A stretch of DNA of 41,895 nt from a virus (IMGVR_UViG_3300037515_000067:1-41895), one strand, 5' to 3'; shown: positions 1-8,525, counted from the stretch's first letter. Notes: a model not told the origin generated them from the letters alone. Program-made: numbers and translations.

Positions 1-224
1 ATTGCAACGTTCCGTTTGTACTCCACGTTCGAATCGTCGATACCGTACAGGTGAAGGTATCCTTCAAATTTAGCCTTGTGGTCACTCTCGGCAATCTCCA
101 AAACTTTACGGAGGCTGATTTCCTCTTTCCGGGAACAGAAAGCAACTACCATTAAAATTATTGGTATGTATACGATGGCTAGCAGGATTTTCAGCCATGT
201 TGGTACGGCGCGCCATGTTTTCAT
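1..224 (-). CDS. Hypothetical membrane-anchored protein, N-terminal part (runs off window start)
   Basis: Manual translation: ATG at 224 after GGGG RBS, MKTWRAVPTWLKILLAIVYIPIILMVVAFC..., open to position 1; may continue in 41744-41895. Confidence 0.6.
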   Translation of the reverse strand, partial: MKTWRAVPTWLKILLAIVYIPIILMVVAFCSRKEEISLRKVLEIAESDHKAKFEGYLHLYGIDDSNVEYKRNVA

Positions 225-238
225 TGTGTCCCCTTTGA

Positions 239-1198
239 TTATAATAAATCTAACGTTTGTTGCTCTTGAACAATATTCCCAGCCTCTGAAACATTTTTGA
301 CAGCCTGTCGGAAATATGACGGTTTAAGCTCGAACCCTATCCCTCGCCGACCCAACTCAACCGCCTTGTATACCTCGGAACCTACACCCATAAACGGGGT
401 CAAGACGGTCTCTCCCGGGTTGGTCCTCAACTCAACAAACCGGTGGATAACGTCAAGTTGCAAAGGATGAACGTGTTTTTCGTCGTCTTCGTCACGTCCC
501 TCTTTGTACGGCAAAACATGGCTGATTCTGATATCGTCCCAAAAGCAAGAGGCGTATTGACGCCATATCCAATGACTGTACCTGTTTTCGGTTTGTTTCC
601 CTTCATACCCTTTGTAATGCAGAATATCTGCTGGCATTTCACGTTCCCCGGCATAATCAAACATCCCATTCGGATGGGTTACAGGAACAGGATTCTCCCC
701 CTTATTTCGGAACAAAAGCAGCTGATCCATTGAAGCCACCCCACATAGAGTGGAATCCAGCGTCAAGGTCTGGTGCGCCAGGTTTTTCTGCATGGTCCGC
801 AAACGAACGGCAAGCGGCTCCTTCCATATTCCATGACGGCCCATGAACTGAAACCCGCATTTTTCATGAAGTCGGATGATATCGCCGGGAAAATCAGAAA
901 GGCTGTCCCTGCCGCTGTTACTATTCGGGGTATCCATGCAGTGGACAGCGGTAATCCTCCCAGGCATTGTTATCCTTGCGATTTCTTCAACCACAAATTT
1001 ATAGTGTTCAAAAAATTGGTCGTAACTGTCGCAATTCGAAAGGTCTTGTTCGTGGCTGGAATATTGGTATAACCCGCAAAATGGCGGAGAATAAATGGTC
1101 GCGTGTACCGAATCGTCTGGCAACTCACGCATGCCTTGAATGCAATCTCCATTGTATATTGCGTAACGGTCAGTTATCTCTTGGTCTATTACAGCCAT
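239..1198 (-). CDS. DNA methyltransferase, N6/N4 family (beta-type motif order)
   Basis: Catalytic-type SPPF near N-terminus, SAM-binding TPFMGVGSE near C-terminus, IGFELK. Confidence 0.9.
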   Translation of the reverse strand: MAVIDQEITDRYAIYNGDCIQGMRELPDDSVHATIYSPPFCGLYQYSSHEQDLSNCDSYDQFFEHYKFVVEEIARITMPGRITAVHCMDTPNSNSGRDSLSDFPGDIIRLHEKCGFQFMGRHGIWKEPLAVRLRTMQKNLAHQTLTLDSTLCGVASMDQLLLFRNKGENPVPVTHPNGMFDYAGEREMPADILHYKGYEGKQTENRYSHWIWRQYASCFWDDIRISHVLPYKEGRDEDDEKHVHPLQLDVIHRFVELRTNPGETVLTPFMGVGSEVYKAVELGRRGIGFELKPSYFRQAVKNVSEAGNIVQEQQTLDLL

Positions 1199-2550
1199 GA
1201 AGGTACCTCCTGTTTTTTTGTATAAAGATTATTGCGGTCAATTTTCAATACATTGTTCATTTCGTGTACCAGGTTGCCGAACATCTTGTCTGCCTGTTCA
1301 GCTTTCCTTTGTAGATTTTTCAGTACTCTTGATTCTCCTTCGGTCGTTATCACGTCGATATGTACCGGCCTTTTTTGACCGAATCTCCAACATCTACGAA
1401 CACCTTGATAATATTGCTCAAACGAATGAGACGGGAAAAACGTCATGTGATTACAATGCTGGAAATTTAAACCCCATGCGCCGATCACAGGTTTTGTGAT
1501 AAGAACCCGCGTCTGATTGTTGGAGAATGACATTAGCTTTTCTTCCTTGCGGTCGTCACTGTCCTTACCGCTAACCTGAACCGCGTCAGGTATCAACCTT
1601 TGGAGAAGGTCGCCTTCGTCGTTCATGTGGCACCACACGATAGCCGGTTGTCCTGTGCCGTTAACCAAAGATGCAGCTCGTTCGCAACGTTCGGCTATAG
1701 TTCTCCGTCTCTCCTCCCTCTGTTCTTTCATACCTACCGCTGGCATAGCAAACAACATACCCTCGGCTGGTGTGTTTGTTTCAACCATGTGTTCCTTCTC
1801 CGACAACGGCGGTAGAATAAAATCGGTATCGTCGAAACCAATATCAGACGGCTTCCTTATTGCTCTCGACCACGAACAAACCCACCGCCAAAAAGGAAGT
1901 TCCGCATGGCCCTTTAACCGCCACTTGATGGTCTGTCCGCCGTGCCTACCGGTTGAACTGTTGTTCATGTCGTTCTTGAAAAACTTGTTGAGCATGTCCA
2001 TGTGCCCGAGATATCCCAGCGCCTCGCTTGATGTGCCAAGCTCTGGAAAATCATTAGGCGAAGGGGTCGCAGTTGCAAGGAGACGGTAGGGAATTTTCCG
2101 CATGAAAATCGTTATTTCGTTTTTGGTCTTGCCTTTGAAGTTTTTCAGTATACTAGATTCGTCGCATACTACCCCGATAAAATCATCAGGGTTTAGAAGG
2201 TGGAGCCGTTCATAGTTGGTAACGGTTATCCGGTAGACTTCCCCGTGGTGAGAACGCTTGGCCTCTATGCCGAACTTTTCACCCTCGGAAACTATCTGAT
2301 AAGTTACCGCCAGGGGGGTCAGGATAAGGACGTTTTTGCCTGTGTGTCGTGCCACGTTTTCAGCCCACACTAGCTCCATCAGAGTTTTACCTAATCCGCA
2401 GTCGGCATATATTGCCGCCCTACCTTTGTTAACCGCGTATTCAACTAGGCTTTCTTGGAAATCAAATAAACAATCCGGCATGAAGAGCGGCTTGAATCCG
2501 TGCGACCCTCCGAGCTGTTGTTTGTTCATTATGAACTCTTGGTAATCCAT
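1189..2550 (-). CDS. SF2 (SNF2/DEAD-like) helicase
   Basis: Walker A DCGLGKT, DESS, TAT motif III, QGVRRCWRFGQ motif VI. Confidence 0.9.
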   Translation of the reverse strand: MDYQEFIMNKQQLGGSHGFKPLFMPDCLFDFQESLVEYAVNKGRAAIYADCGLGKTLMELVWAENVARHTGKNVLILTPLAVTYQIVSEGEKFGIEAKRSHHGEVYRITVTNYERLHLLNPDDFIGVVCDESSILKNFKGKTKNEITIFMRKIPYRLLATATPSPNDFPELGTSSEALGYLGHMDMLNKFFKNDMNNSSTGRHGGQTIKWRLKGHAELPFWRWVCSWSRAIRKPSDIGFDDTDFILPPLSEKEHMVETNTPAEGMLFAMPAVGMKEQREERRRTIAERCERAASLVNGTGQPAIVWCHMNDEGDLLQRLIPDAVQVSGKDSDDRKEEKLMSFSNNQTRVLITKPVIGAWGLNFQHCNHMTFFPSHSFEQYYQGVRRCWRFGQKRPVHIDVITTEGESRVLKNLQRKAEQADKMFGNLVHEMNNVLKIDRNNLYTKKQEVPSWL

Positions 2551-2675
2551 TAAACCTCCTTGCGCTGCGTCCCAAAATTAAAGATAAAATATCAACCGCG
2601 ATGTTTTGGCAGTATACCATTTTTCAAGTTGAGCGGTATGGAAAAATAATTAAATTGTTATTTTCATACTGGCCG

Positions 2676-3095
2676 CTAAAATGGGATTGAAGAATCGTCG
2701 AATGTGTCATACGGAGAATCCTGCGTTCCGGCACTTACCGGCGATGGCTTGCCATGTGCGCCGCGTTCGGTTGATTGTGCAGACGCTGCCCCGCCTGGCA
2801 CAAAGTGAAGCTGAGAAACACGAATTTCGGTAATGTACTTTTTCTCGCCGTCCTTCGTGTCATAACTCCGATATTCGATTTCCCCCTCGACGGACAGCGG
2901 ATCTCCTTTTTTGAAATATTTGGCCGCAAGTTCGGCGGTCTTGTCCCAAAATACAAGGTTGTGCCATTGCGTTACCTGCTCACCTTTGATTTTCTTGCTG
3001 GTCGCAAGCGAGGTGTTAGCAACGGCGGTCCCTCCTGCGGTGTAACGAAGTTCCAAATCCTTGCCAATCCTTCCCAAAAGTATAACCTTATTCAT
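2676..3095 (-). CDS. ssb: Single-stranded DNA-binding protein
   Basis: MNKVILLGRIGKD N-terminus, WHNLVFW, acidic C-terminal DDSSIPF. Confidence 0.95.
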   Translation of the reverse strand: MNKVILLGRIGKDLELRYTAGGTAVANTSLATSKKIKGEQVTQWHNLVFWDKTAELAAKYFKKGDPLSVEGEIEYRSYDTKDGEKKYITEIRVSQLHFVPGGAASAQSTERGAHGKPSPVSAGTQDSPYDTFDDSSIPF

Positions 3096-3303
3096 CGTTG
3101 TTCCCCCTGCACTCGTTAATATCTCTTTTCATCACCCGGACTAGCGCCGGATATTCCCTCAACAACCCCTGGATATACCTCGCAGGGTCCAGTGACGCGA
3201 TAAGTTTCCACCCTACAGTTTTCAGTGTGTGCGCTTCGTCGTGCATGGATAAAACCTGTATAACTCCGTCCTTTTCGTAAACAAAAACAGGATCGTTAGC
3301 CAT
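3088..3303 (-). CDS. Hypothetical protein
   Basis: ORF in tightly packed operon, GAGG RBS before ATG 3303. Confidence 0.55.
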   Translation of the reverse strand: MANDPVFVYEKDGVIQVLSMHDEAHTLKTVGWKLIASLDPARYIQGLLREYPALVRVMKRDINECRGNNDE

Positions 3304-3556
3304 GTTGCCTCGCATCCATGAAAGTTAAGTTCAACACGATGTTTTTGTTCAAATGTTCAGACCATGTAAACCCCTTGCGCCCCGCAAGTTTTCCCCGCCA
3401 GTATGGCCGCACAGTCCCGGTATAAATCCGCAATAGGCAGAGTCCGCAGGTTACAGCGTCCGGCGAGTTTGTAGCATCCCCGAGCTTCCCGCAATCCCCA
3501 CCGGCTACCTTTTTGTGCCGGTCGTATCTCTGCAAATGTATCGCCGCCATAGTCAA
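3296..3556 (-). CDS. Hypothetical protein (VTCxxC motif)
   Basis: Overlapping start/stop with neighbours. Confidence 0.55.
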   Translation of the reverse strand: MTMAAIHLQRYDRHKKVAGGDCGKLGDATNSPDAVTCGLCLLRIYTGTVRPYWRGKLAGRKGFTWSEHLNKNIVLNLTFMDARQHG

Positions 3557-3951
3557 ACCTTCCTGCCGTCAATATAGCCGATGTTATTTTCTGCCCAGCG
3601 GAGGATATGATTCGGCGGATACGCGATATTCGTTATTTCGCGAAGGGGTTTTACACTTTGGGCTATCTCGGAAAATTCAGGGTCGCTTTGATTGTAAACA
3701 CGATCCCACCCGTTAAGCGGCTCAAAATTCGCATCACCGGGAACAGCTTTCCGCCATCCGCTGCGTTTTGTTTTCTTCACGTCTTCGCGGGTTAACAGAC
3801 GTTTGTTCCCTGATTCCTCCCCGATGTTGGACTTGCATTCCCGGCAGAACTTCCACCTTGGCAATTTGTCCCCGTGCTGGAGATGGATATTTATCGGATC
3901 TCCGCATCTTGAACACTCAACTTTAACCGTCCTCAATTCAAACGATTCCAT
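3553..3951 (-). CDS. Hypothetical zinc-ribbon protein
   Basis: CSRC and CREC pairs; GGGGG RBS before ATG 3951. Confidence 0.6.
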   Translation of the reverse strand: MESFELRTVKVECSRCGDPINIHLQHGDKLPRWKFCRECKSNIGEESGNKRLLTREDVKKTKRSGWRKAVPGDANFEPLNGWDRVYNQSDPEFSEIAQSVKPLREITNIAYPPNHILRWAENNIGYIDGRKV

Positions 3952-4131
3952 TGCAACCCCCTGGCATTGATATATACTATCGAACAGTGTCTGTAGATGT
4001 AAGCGGCAACCAATATCCTTCACTGTCTTCGTTGGGCCATTCTCTGTCAGCGTCGATCATTGCCCACCCCTGCTCAGCTGTTATCGTGTGGTCATAAACC
4101 GCATCTAGTATTTCTTTCAATTCTTTGATTT

Positions 4132-4464
4132 CTATTTCCCCCTCACTTTCGCCAGCAGGTTGCCGAGGGCGCAATCGTCTGAATGCCCGTCATATCCGTA
4201 ATCACATGTCGGACAAAAGCTAATACATTCCTCGTCTGAGATTTGTGAAATTCCGCACCACTCCAACCCTTCCAGCATGGCGAACATTTCTTTGTTTTGT
4301 TCTTCTTTTTCCGTTGCGGCCATTTCCAGACTAAGAATTTTATCTTCCGCTTTTTCGGCACGTTCAATAGCCTTCAAATAACAGCTCCAACAGGCGAGCA
4401 TTGTCGCGCCCGGTTCGTTATAGCTTCCTGCGCCACATTTTTTGCATATAACTGGATCGCTCAT
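4132..4464 (-). CDS. Hypothetical protein (Cys-rich, coiled segment)
   Basis: ORF track; ATGA overlap with upstream gene. Confidence 0.65.
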   Translation of the reverse strand: MSDPVICKKCGAGSYNEPGATMLACWSCYLKAIERAEKAEDKILSLEMAATEKEEQNKEMFAMLEGLEWCGISQISDEECISFCPTCDYGYDGHSDDCALGNLLAKVRGK

Positions 4465-4664
4465 TTCTCCGCTCCGATCATCCTTGTCGTCTGGTCTTTC
4501 GCTTTAGCTGAAATCCACATACCTAAATTCCCGGCAAAATATCCCAAAAGCATCCAATAGGCTGGATGGACATCAATGCCGCTATGCGCGAATGCTCTAC
4601 CTATTGATGTCCATATAAAGCAAAACACAAATAACTCCACCATGTAGGGCAATATAGCCTTCAT
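4461..4664 (-). CDS. Hypothetical membrane protein
   Basis: Two hydrophobic segments; ATGA overlaps on both sides. Confidence 0.65.
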   Translation of the reverse strand: MKAILPYMVELFVFCFIWTSIGRAFAHSGIDVHPAYWMLLGYFAGNLGMWISAKAKDQTTRMIGAEK

Positions 4665-4945
4665 TTTTCCCCCACTTTCATCATCCCTTCCAGCCGTTTC
4701 AGTTTCCTATCAACCGCCTCCTGAATTACATCGTCACCGAATATCAGCCGAGGGTAAGCGGTGCAGATTTCAGCGTCCGCCAGTTCGTCTATCATGGCCG
4801 TGTAGCTTTCGTCTGTTGGTATATTGAGCCACCGCATTATTGATGCAGCGGCCTCCGCGAATTCTTCCGCTGTTTTCATCATCTGTCGGCGGGAACCCCA
4901 CTCAAGTAGCGCCTTTCCCTGTGTTGTCATTTTTCTAGCAGCCAT
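4661..4945 (-). CDS. MazG-like nucleotide pyrophosphohydrolase
   Basis: QxxKxxEExxE ... DELAD motif; GGAGG RBS. Confidence 0.7.
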   Translation of the reverse strand: MAARKMTTQGKALLEWGSRRQMMKTAEEFAEAAASIMRWLNIPTDESYTAMIDELADAEICTAYPRLIFGDDVIQEAVDRKLKRLEGMMKVGEK

Positions 4946-5130
4946 CTTGTAAATGCCTCCCAAGTTTTTTTAGACGGTGTCTTAATCGGATTTAGTGCTG
5001 ATTCACTCCGGTAAAATGTCGGCCCGTGGTAGTTGTGCCACTCCATCCAAACGCAAGCGCCGTATGGTTTCATGTTTACCCAGTAATCAGGCCCGCAGAT
5101 GAAACCGTGTTCAATTCTCATGCATGCCAT
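4927..5130 (-). CDS. Hypothetical protein
   Basis: ORF track, GGGGG RBS. Confidence 0.6.
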   Translation of the reverse strand: MACMRIEHGFICGPDYWVNMKPYGACVWMEWHNYHGPTFYRSESALNPIKTPSKKTWEAFTRWLLEK

Positions 5131-5281
5131 TTACCCCCCTTTTTATTTTCGGAAAATCCCATTCCTTTTCAAGGTAATTTCCTAAGCACTCCGGGCAATA
5201 ATATCCTTCTCTGTTCACTTCAAGAGGGGTGCCGCACTCCTTGCACCGATAACCTTGTTTGCGTGCTTCCGGTTCTTTCAT
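5111..5281 (-). CDS. Small zinc-ribbon protein (56 aa, not in ORF track)
   Basis: Manual translation MKEPEARKQGYRCKECGTPL...YYCPECLG; fills gap between genes. Confidence 0.55.
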   Translation of the reverse strand: MKEPEARKQGYRCKECGTPLEVNREGYYCPECLGNYLEKEWDFPKIKRGVNGMHEN

Positions 5282-5689
5282 TTATCCCCCTATCACCAGC
5301 AAGGCGGCATCCCTACCGTGTTCATTCGTCCGCCCCTGCCATTTGGTTACGGTGCGGAAATACTCCGCCGTCCATTTTGTAGCGCCCCTTTGTGGGGCAA
5401 TTGCGCGGGACTTGATGCCGTGGAACTGGCAGAATTCCGCCCAGATATTGCAGTCGCGTTTGACCGATCCGACACCCTGCAATACCTCTGCCCCCTTGCT
5501 CCCATACCACCGTCTTAAATTAGCGTCCTCGTATCTCAACTCGATTATTTCAAGTGGCCCGAGTTTTACTATTTTGTCCATTGCGGCGACTATGGACAAT
5601 GATGTCACCTCCAACAGTTTGCCAGTTGGTTTGTGCCAGATGGCAAACCCAGTGTTGACTCCGGGGTCGATACCGATGATAAATTGCAT
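5282..5689 (-). CDS. RuvC-like Holliday junction resolvase
   Basis: IIGIDPG...TGFA N-terminus, central Glu, C-terminal EHGRDAA. Confidence 0.8.
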   Translation of the reverse strand: MQFIIGIDPGVNTGFAIWHKPTGKLLEVTSLSIVAAMDKIVKLGPLEIIELRYEDANLRRWYGSKGAEVLQGVGSVKRDCNIWAEFCQFHGIKSRAIAPQRGATKWTAEYFRTVTKWQGRTNEHGRDAALLVIGG

Positions 5690-5715
5690 TTGCCCTCGAT
5701 GTTGTGACGCATTAA

Positions 5716-5758
5716 AATATGGGTTTATACAGGGGGGTCTATATAAGCCTTGTTAGAT
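5716..5758 (+). repeat. Array-head element copy 1 (attI-like candidate, G6 tract)
   Basis: AATATGGGTTTATACAG..TATAAGCCTTG|TTAGAT, near-identical to 37512-37557; ends in a GTTRRRY box. Confidence 0.7.
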
Positions 5759-6043
5759 GCTATCTGCTATTTCTCGCAGCCTGACAGCCATATCCTTGAG
5801 ACGCTCTGTTTGTTTTTCGATCTCTCGCAACACCACTTTCGGAATGTTTCCCGGCCAATCTTCCGAGTATTCCGACAGCGGCAATACAGTTAAACAGCGT
5901 GCTGCCTGAAAAATCAGCTTTCCCTTGGCGGCTTCAACTCTTTTCAACCTCGCATCTAACCCGGCGCTCAACTCGGACTTGCTACGCAAGTCGCGAATTT
6001 CGACTCCTGTGCAGTCCTTGAACATTTCGCTTTTTTCCATCAT
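5753..6043 (-). CDS. Hypothetical protein, cassette 1
   Basis: AAGGAG RBS and ATG lie inside the attC-like site; TAA stop is the TTA of the R' box at 5752. Confidence 0.7.
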   Translation of the reverse strand: MMEKSEMFKDCTGVEIRDLRSKSELSAGLDARLKRVEAAKGKLIFQAARCLTVLPLSEYSEDWPGNIPKVVLREIEKQTERLKDMAVRLREIADSI

Positions 6044-6086
6044 CTCTACTCCTTGGGCCGCAAGCCCGTTAGCTCAATCGTTGTAT
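5954..6086 (+). mobile_element. attC-like site (133 nt)
   Basis: R'' ATCTAAC, 5-nt spacer, L'' GCTCAACT (extra C), L' CGTTAGC, 6-nt spacer, R' GTTGTAT; GCATCTAAC complements GTTAGATGC at 5752. Confidence 0.8.
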
Positions 6087-6088
6087 TG

Positions 6089-6319
6089 CTAACCAAGGTG
6101 CAAATAAATCATCTTGTCTGGGGTCGATGAATATAGCGCATCATCTTTGCCGGAATAGCCACGGGGTTCCAACGGGTCTTTCTCATAGTACGAAACGCTA
6201 AAAACGGTTCCCTGGCTTTCCCCGGCAGAGTTGTCATGAGCCAAGACATGCACCGCTAATTTCCCACACCCATTTTTCTGTAGTTGCCTGAGTCTGGCTA
6301 TCAGTTTGTTGAGGTTCAT
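6089..6319 (-). CDS. Hypothetical protein, cassette 2
   Basis: AAGGA RBS before ATG 6319; lies wholly between two attC-like sites. Confidence 0.7.
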   Translation of the reverse strand: MNLNKLIARLRQLQKNGCGKLAVHVLAHDNSAGESQGTVFSVSYYEKDPLEPRGYSGKDDALYSSTPDKMIYLHLG

Positions 6320-6344
6320 CGTTTTGTCCTTTTTAAAAATCGCA

Positions 6345-6403
6345 ATACAACCAGTCAATCAACCGGATTCTCTACGCTCTCCCGGTTATTTCGGTCGTTA
6401 TGC
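6345..6403 (+). mobile_element. attC-like site (59 nt)
   Basis: R'' ATACAAC, L'' AATCAACC, L' GGTTATT, R' GTTATGC; GCAATACAAC complements GTTGTATTGC at 6080; near-identical to 37907-37964. Confidence 0.85.
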
Positions 6404-6407
6404 TTTG

Positions 6408-6641
6408 TCATTCCTTTACACGAAACCGGGTAAATCGTCGCTGGTCATCCGTTTCGGTTATCTCCATCTTTCCTAAGGTTTCGCCTTTTTCTTTGCCGAT
6501 GTATTCGCCGACAATGCGGCAGAGTTCGTCATCACTTAACTCAATTTCATTTGTTTTCACGCGAACCTCCTTGTCATGAGGGAGGATATGAACACAGGTG
6601 GAAATCCTACATCTTTGAGCCCCGCTGCATTGTACTTTCAT
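6408..6641 (-). CDS. Hypothetical protein, cassette 3
   Basis: GGAGG RBS; a second internal AAGGAGG+GTG start near 6560. Confidence 0.65.
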   Translation of the reverse strand: MKVQCSGAQRCRISTCVHILPHDKEVRVKTNEIELSDDELCRIVGEYIGKEKGETLGKMEITETDDQRRFTRFRVKE

Positions 6642-6653
6642 GGCACCTCCGAA

Positions 6654-6703
6654 AAATAACCACCCATCGAACCCGATAGGCGGGTTAATTTAATCCGTTA
6701 GCG
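6654..6703 (+). mobile_element. Short, partly degenerate attC-like site (50 nt)
   Basis: R'' AAATAAC, ATCGAACCCG/CGGGTTAAT stem, R' GTTAGCG; 7-nt right spacer and only 5/7 match to upstream R'. Confidence 0.6.
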
Positions 6704-7075
6704 AGAAACCGAAATAATTGATTCTGGGTGCTCGATACAGGACTTTAAATACTTCTCGATCCATGGCACAAAATGAATGTAAAGGCCCCACCCGTTGGGG
6801 GAATCAAACTTTTTATAGTGTTCGGGGCTATCCTTCATCTTCTGGAGGCCATCCGCCAACGGAGCAATAAGCTCTTTGGCGCTAATCAGGCCGAGTTCGT
6901 CAGGCCTCCAAAGGTGCATATATATCCCTGCTTCCTCCGCCATGTCGCCCAGATTATGGGTAATATTGGCATAAAAAAGCGTTTCTCGGTAAGTATGCTC
7001 GTGCTCATTATCGCATTTGCCACAACAACATCTTTCAGTTATTTCATCGCCGTGCAGGGTTACGTCTAAGCTCAT
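6698..7075 (-). CDS. Hypothetical protein, cassette 4
   Basis: GAGGT RBS; NITHNL...SPNGWG motifs I associate with phage hypotheticals; TAA stop is the TTA of R' at 6697. Confidence 0.8.
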   Translation of the reverse strand: MSLDVTLHGDEITERCCCGKCDNEHEHTYRETLFYANITHNLGDMAEEAGIYMHLWRPDELGLISAKELIAPLADGLQKMKDSPEHYKKFDSPNGWGLYIHFVPWIEKYLKSCIEHPESIISVSR

Positions 7076-7103
7076 AAGGCACCTCTATAATTTATCGTGA
7101 AAT

Positions 7104-7192
7104 CGCTAACAAACAGGTCAACCAGACCGCGTGAAGCGGCGGGTTTTCAAGGGTACCTCAGTGGCGCGGGCTGGTTACCCTTGGCGTTATCC
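7104..7192 (+). mobile_element. attC-like site (89 nt)
   Basis: R'' CGCTAAC, L'' GGTCAACC (extra C), CAGACC/GGCTG with second unpaired base, L' GGTTACC, R' GTTATCC; TCGCTAAC complements GTTAGCGA at 6697. Confidence 0.85.
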
Positions 7193-7199
7193 ACCCCAA

Positions 7200-7361
7200 T
7201 CATAGCCGGTACTTCTTGATAAGATCTGCAACCGCGATTGATTGCTGTAACGCCGTGTTGTCAGCTTCGACAAGTTTCAGCGCCAGGTATTTTATGACGC
7301 CATCTTTTTCTTCCCCTGCCGATTTCAGCGCGGCAATGATTGACCTGCATTCTTCGCACAT
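7200..7361 (-). CDS. Hypothetical protein (53 aa, not in ORF track)
   Basis: GGAGG RBS, MCEECRSIIAALK... Confidence 0.55.
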   Translation of the reverse strand: MCEECRSIIAALKSAGEEKDGVIKYLALKLVEADNTALQQSIAVADLIKKYRL

Positions 7362-7616
7362 TTAAACCTCCGTATCTATCATCCAATAAAACCAAATGTC
7401 TTTAAACCGTGCGCATCCGATATCAAACCCGTTTGCCCGTAGTTCAGATATGCACGAAGAAACGGCGCACACATTCGCCAGCCTGATTATATCCAACGTG
7501 CTGTAACATACGCCGCTAGATAGAAGATTCGCTACTCTTTGCAAACGTGGGCTTCTGTCTATCGAAGCGGCGTTTATTCTACCATGAATGCGGTGCTGCG
7601 GGTTGTTTTTTCTCAT
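7362..7616 (-). CDS. Helix-turn-helix DNA-binding protein
   Basis: STLDII...AVSSCISELRANGFDI winged-HTH-like pattern. Confidence 0.65.
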   Translation of the reverse strand: MRKNNPQHRIHGRINAASIDRSPRLQRVANLLSSGVCYSTLDIIRLANVCAVSSCISELRANGFDIGCARFKDIWFYWMIDTEV

Positions 7617-7888
7617 GTCTCCCCCAACATAAGACGATCCATTTTCTTGAGAAAGCACCGTGACCATTTGTTATCCATCGCCACTTTATCGTGCTGCGTA
7701 TCAGCGTAAGCACTGGCAGCATTGATAAAAGAGTTTCTCCGTTTAACATACGATGTGCATTTTTTGCACCGCACAACGGATACGGCGTGAATTTTCTTCG
7801 GCGGACCGTTCGCGACTACTATTGTTTCTACTGGATCAAGCCGCGTTATTTTGCACCCGCAAGGCGCGGTTTTAGTTGCGTGGTTCAT
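7613..7888 (-). CDS. Hypothetical protein
   Basis: ATGA overlaps, GGAGG RBS. Confidence 0.6.
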   Translation of the reverse strand: MNHATKTAPCGCKITRLDPVETIVVANGPPKKIHAVSVVRCKKCTSYVKRRNSFINAASAYADTQHDKVAMDNKWSRCFLKKMDRLMLGET

Positions 7889-8142
7889 TTACCCTCCATC
7901 ATTTCATTGGTTCGGTTGATTAACTCTTCCTGCGTGATAAATCTGCGCTCCCATTCTTTTTTCCCTAAATGGTGGATACCCTCCGTTCCTTGGTGATGAA
8001 GATAACATAGCGGGGAAGTTTTCCAGTTGTCGCGCTTTTCCCCGAACCGCCGGATATGGTGGACCGATACGGGCCTTGCCCCGCAGATCGCGCAAGGAAG
8101 GGAAGCAATAGCGGCAAGGTGCGACTTTTCCGCATTGGTCAT
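7885..8142 (-). CDS. Ref/DUF968-like HNH-fold nuclease
   Basis: LPCAICG...VHHIR...PLCYLHH...GIH pattern. Confidence 0.75.
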   Translation of the reverse strand: MTNAEKSHLAAIASLPCAICGARPVSVHHIRRFGEKRDNWKTSPLCYLHHQGTEGIHHLGKKEWERRFITQEELINRTNEMMEGK

Positions 8143-8525
8143 ATATCAACCCTTTCCCAAGTAACGCCCCGTTCCGATCCAAATGAATATACAAGCTCAA
8201 TCAGGTCTCTGAATTCGGTCTTACTCATCTTCGAAGTGTGCGCCCCGATGACTACAAAGCCTCCATCGATTCCGGGAACCGCCTTCTGTTTTTTGAGCCC
8301 TGCGGTCATCAGGTCTTTCCACTCTTCTGGAGTCAGTTTATTGCCGTACCATTCAACCTGATTCGATAGCTCGGTGAGTAGCGGCCAAAGCAATGCGTTT
8401 TGATCTAGGGACCGGCTAGGAGGCTTGATAATCACCTCCGTTCCGTCCTGCGCTTCTTTGACCGCTTGCATGGCGCGCTGCCGGATGAATCTATCCTTGA
8501 TGATGAAAGTGATTCGCCATTCCAT
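8139..8525 (-). CDS. ninB: NinB (lambda Orf)-family recombination protein
   Basis: RSLDQNALLW, WYGNKLTPEEWKD, TSKMSKTEFRDLIE. Confidence 0.9.
   Translation of the reverse strand: MEWRITFIIKDRFIRQRAMQAVKEAQDGTEVIIKPPSRSLDQNALLWPLLTELSNQVEWYGNKLTPEEWKDLMTAGLKKQKAVPGIDGGFVVIGAHTSKMSKTEFRDLIELVYSFGSERGVTWERVDI

Noticed and set aside
3977-4174. 65-aa - strand ORF
   Set aside because: May be real but no convincing start codon or RBS could be placed
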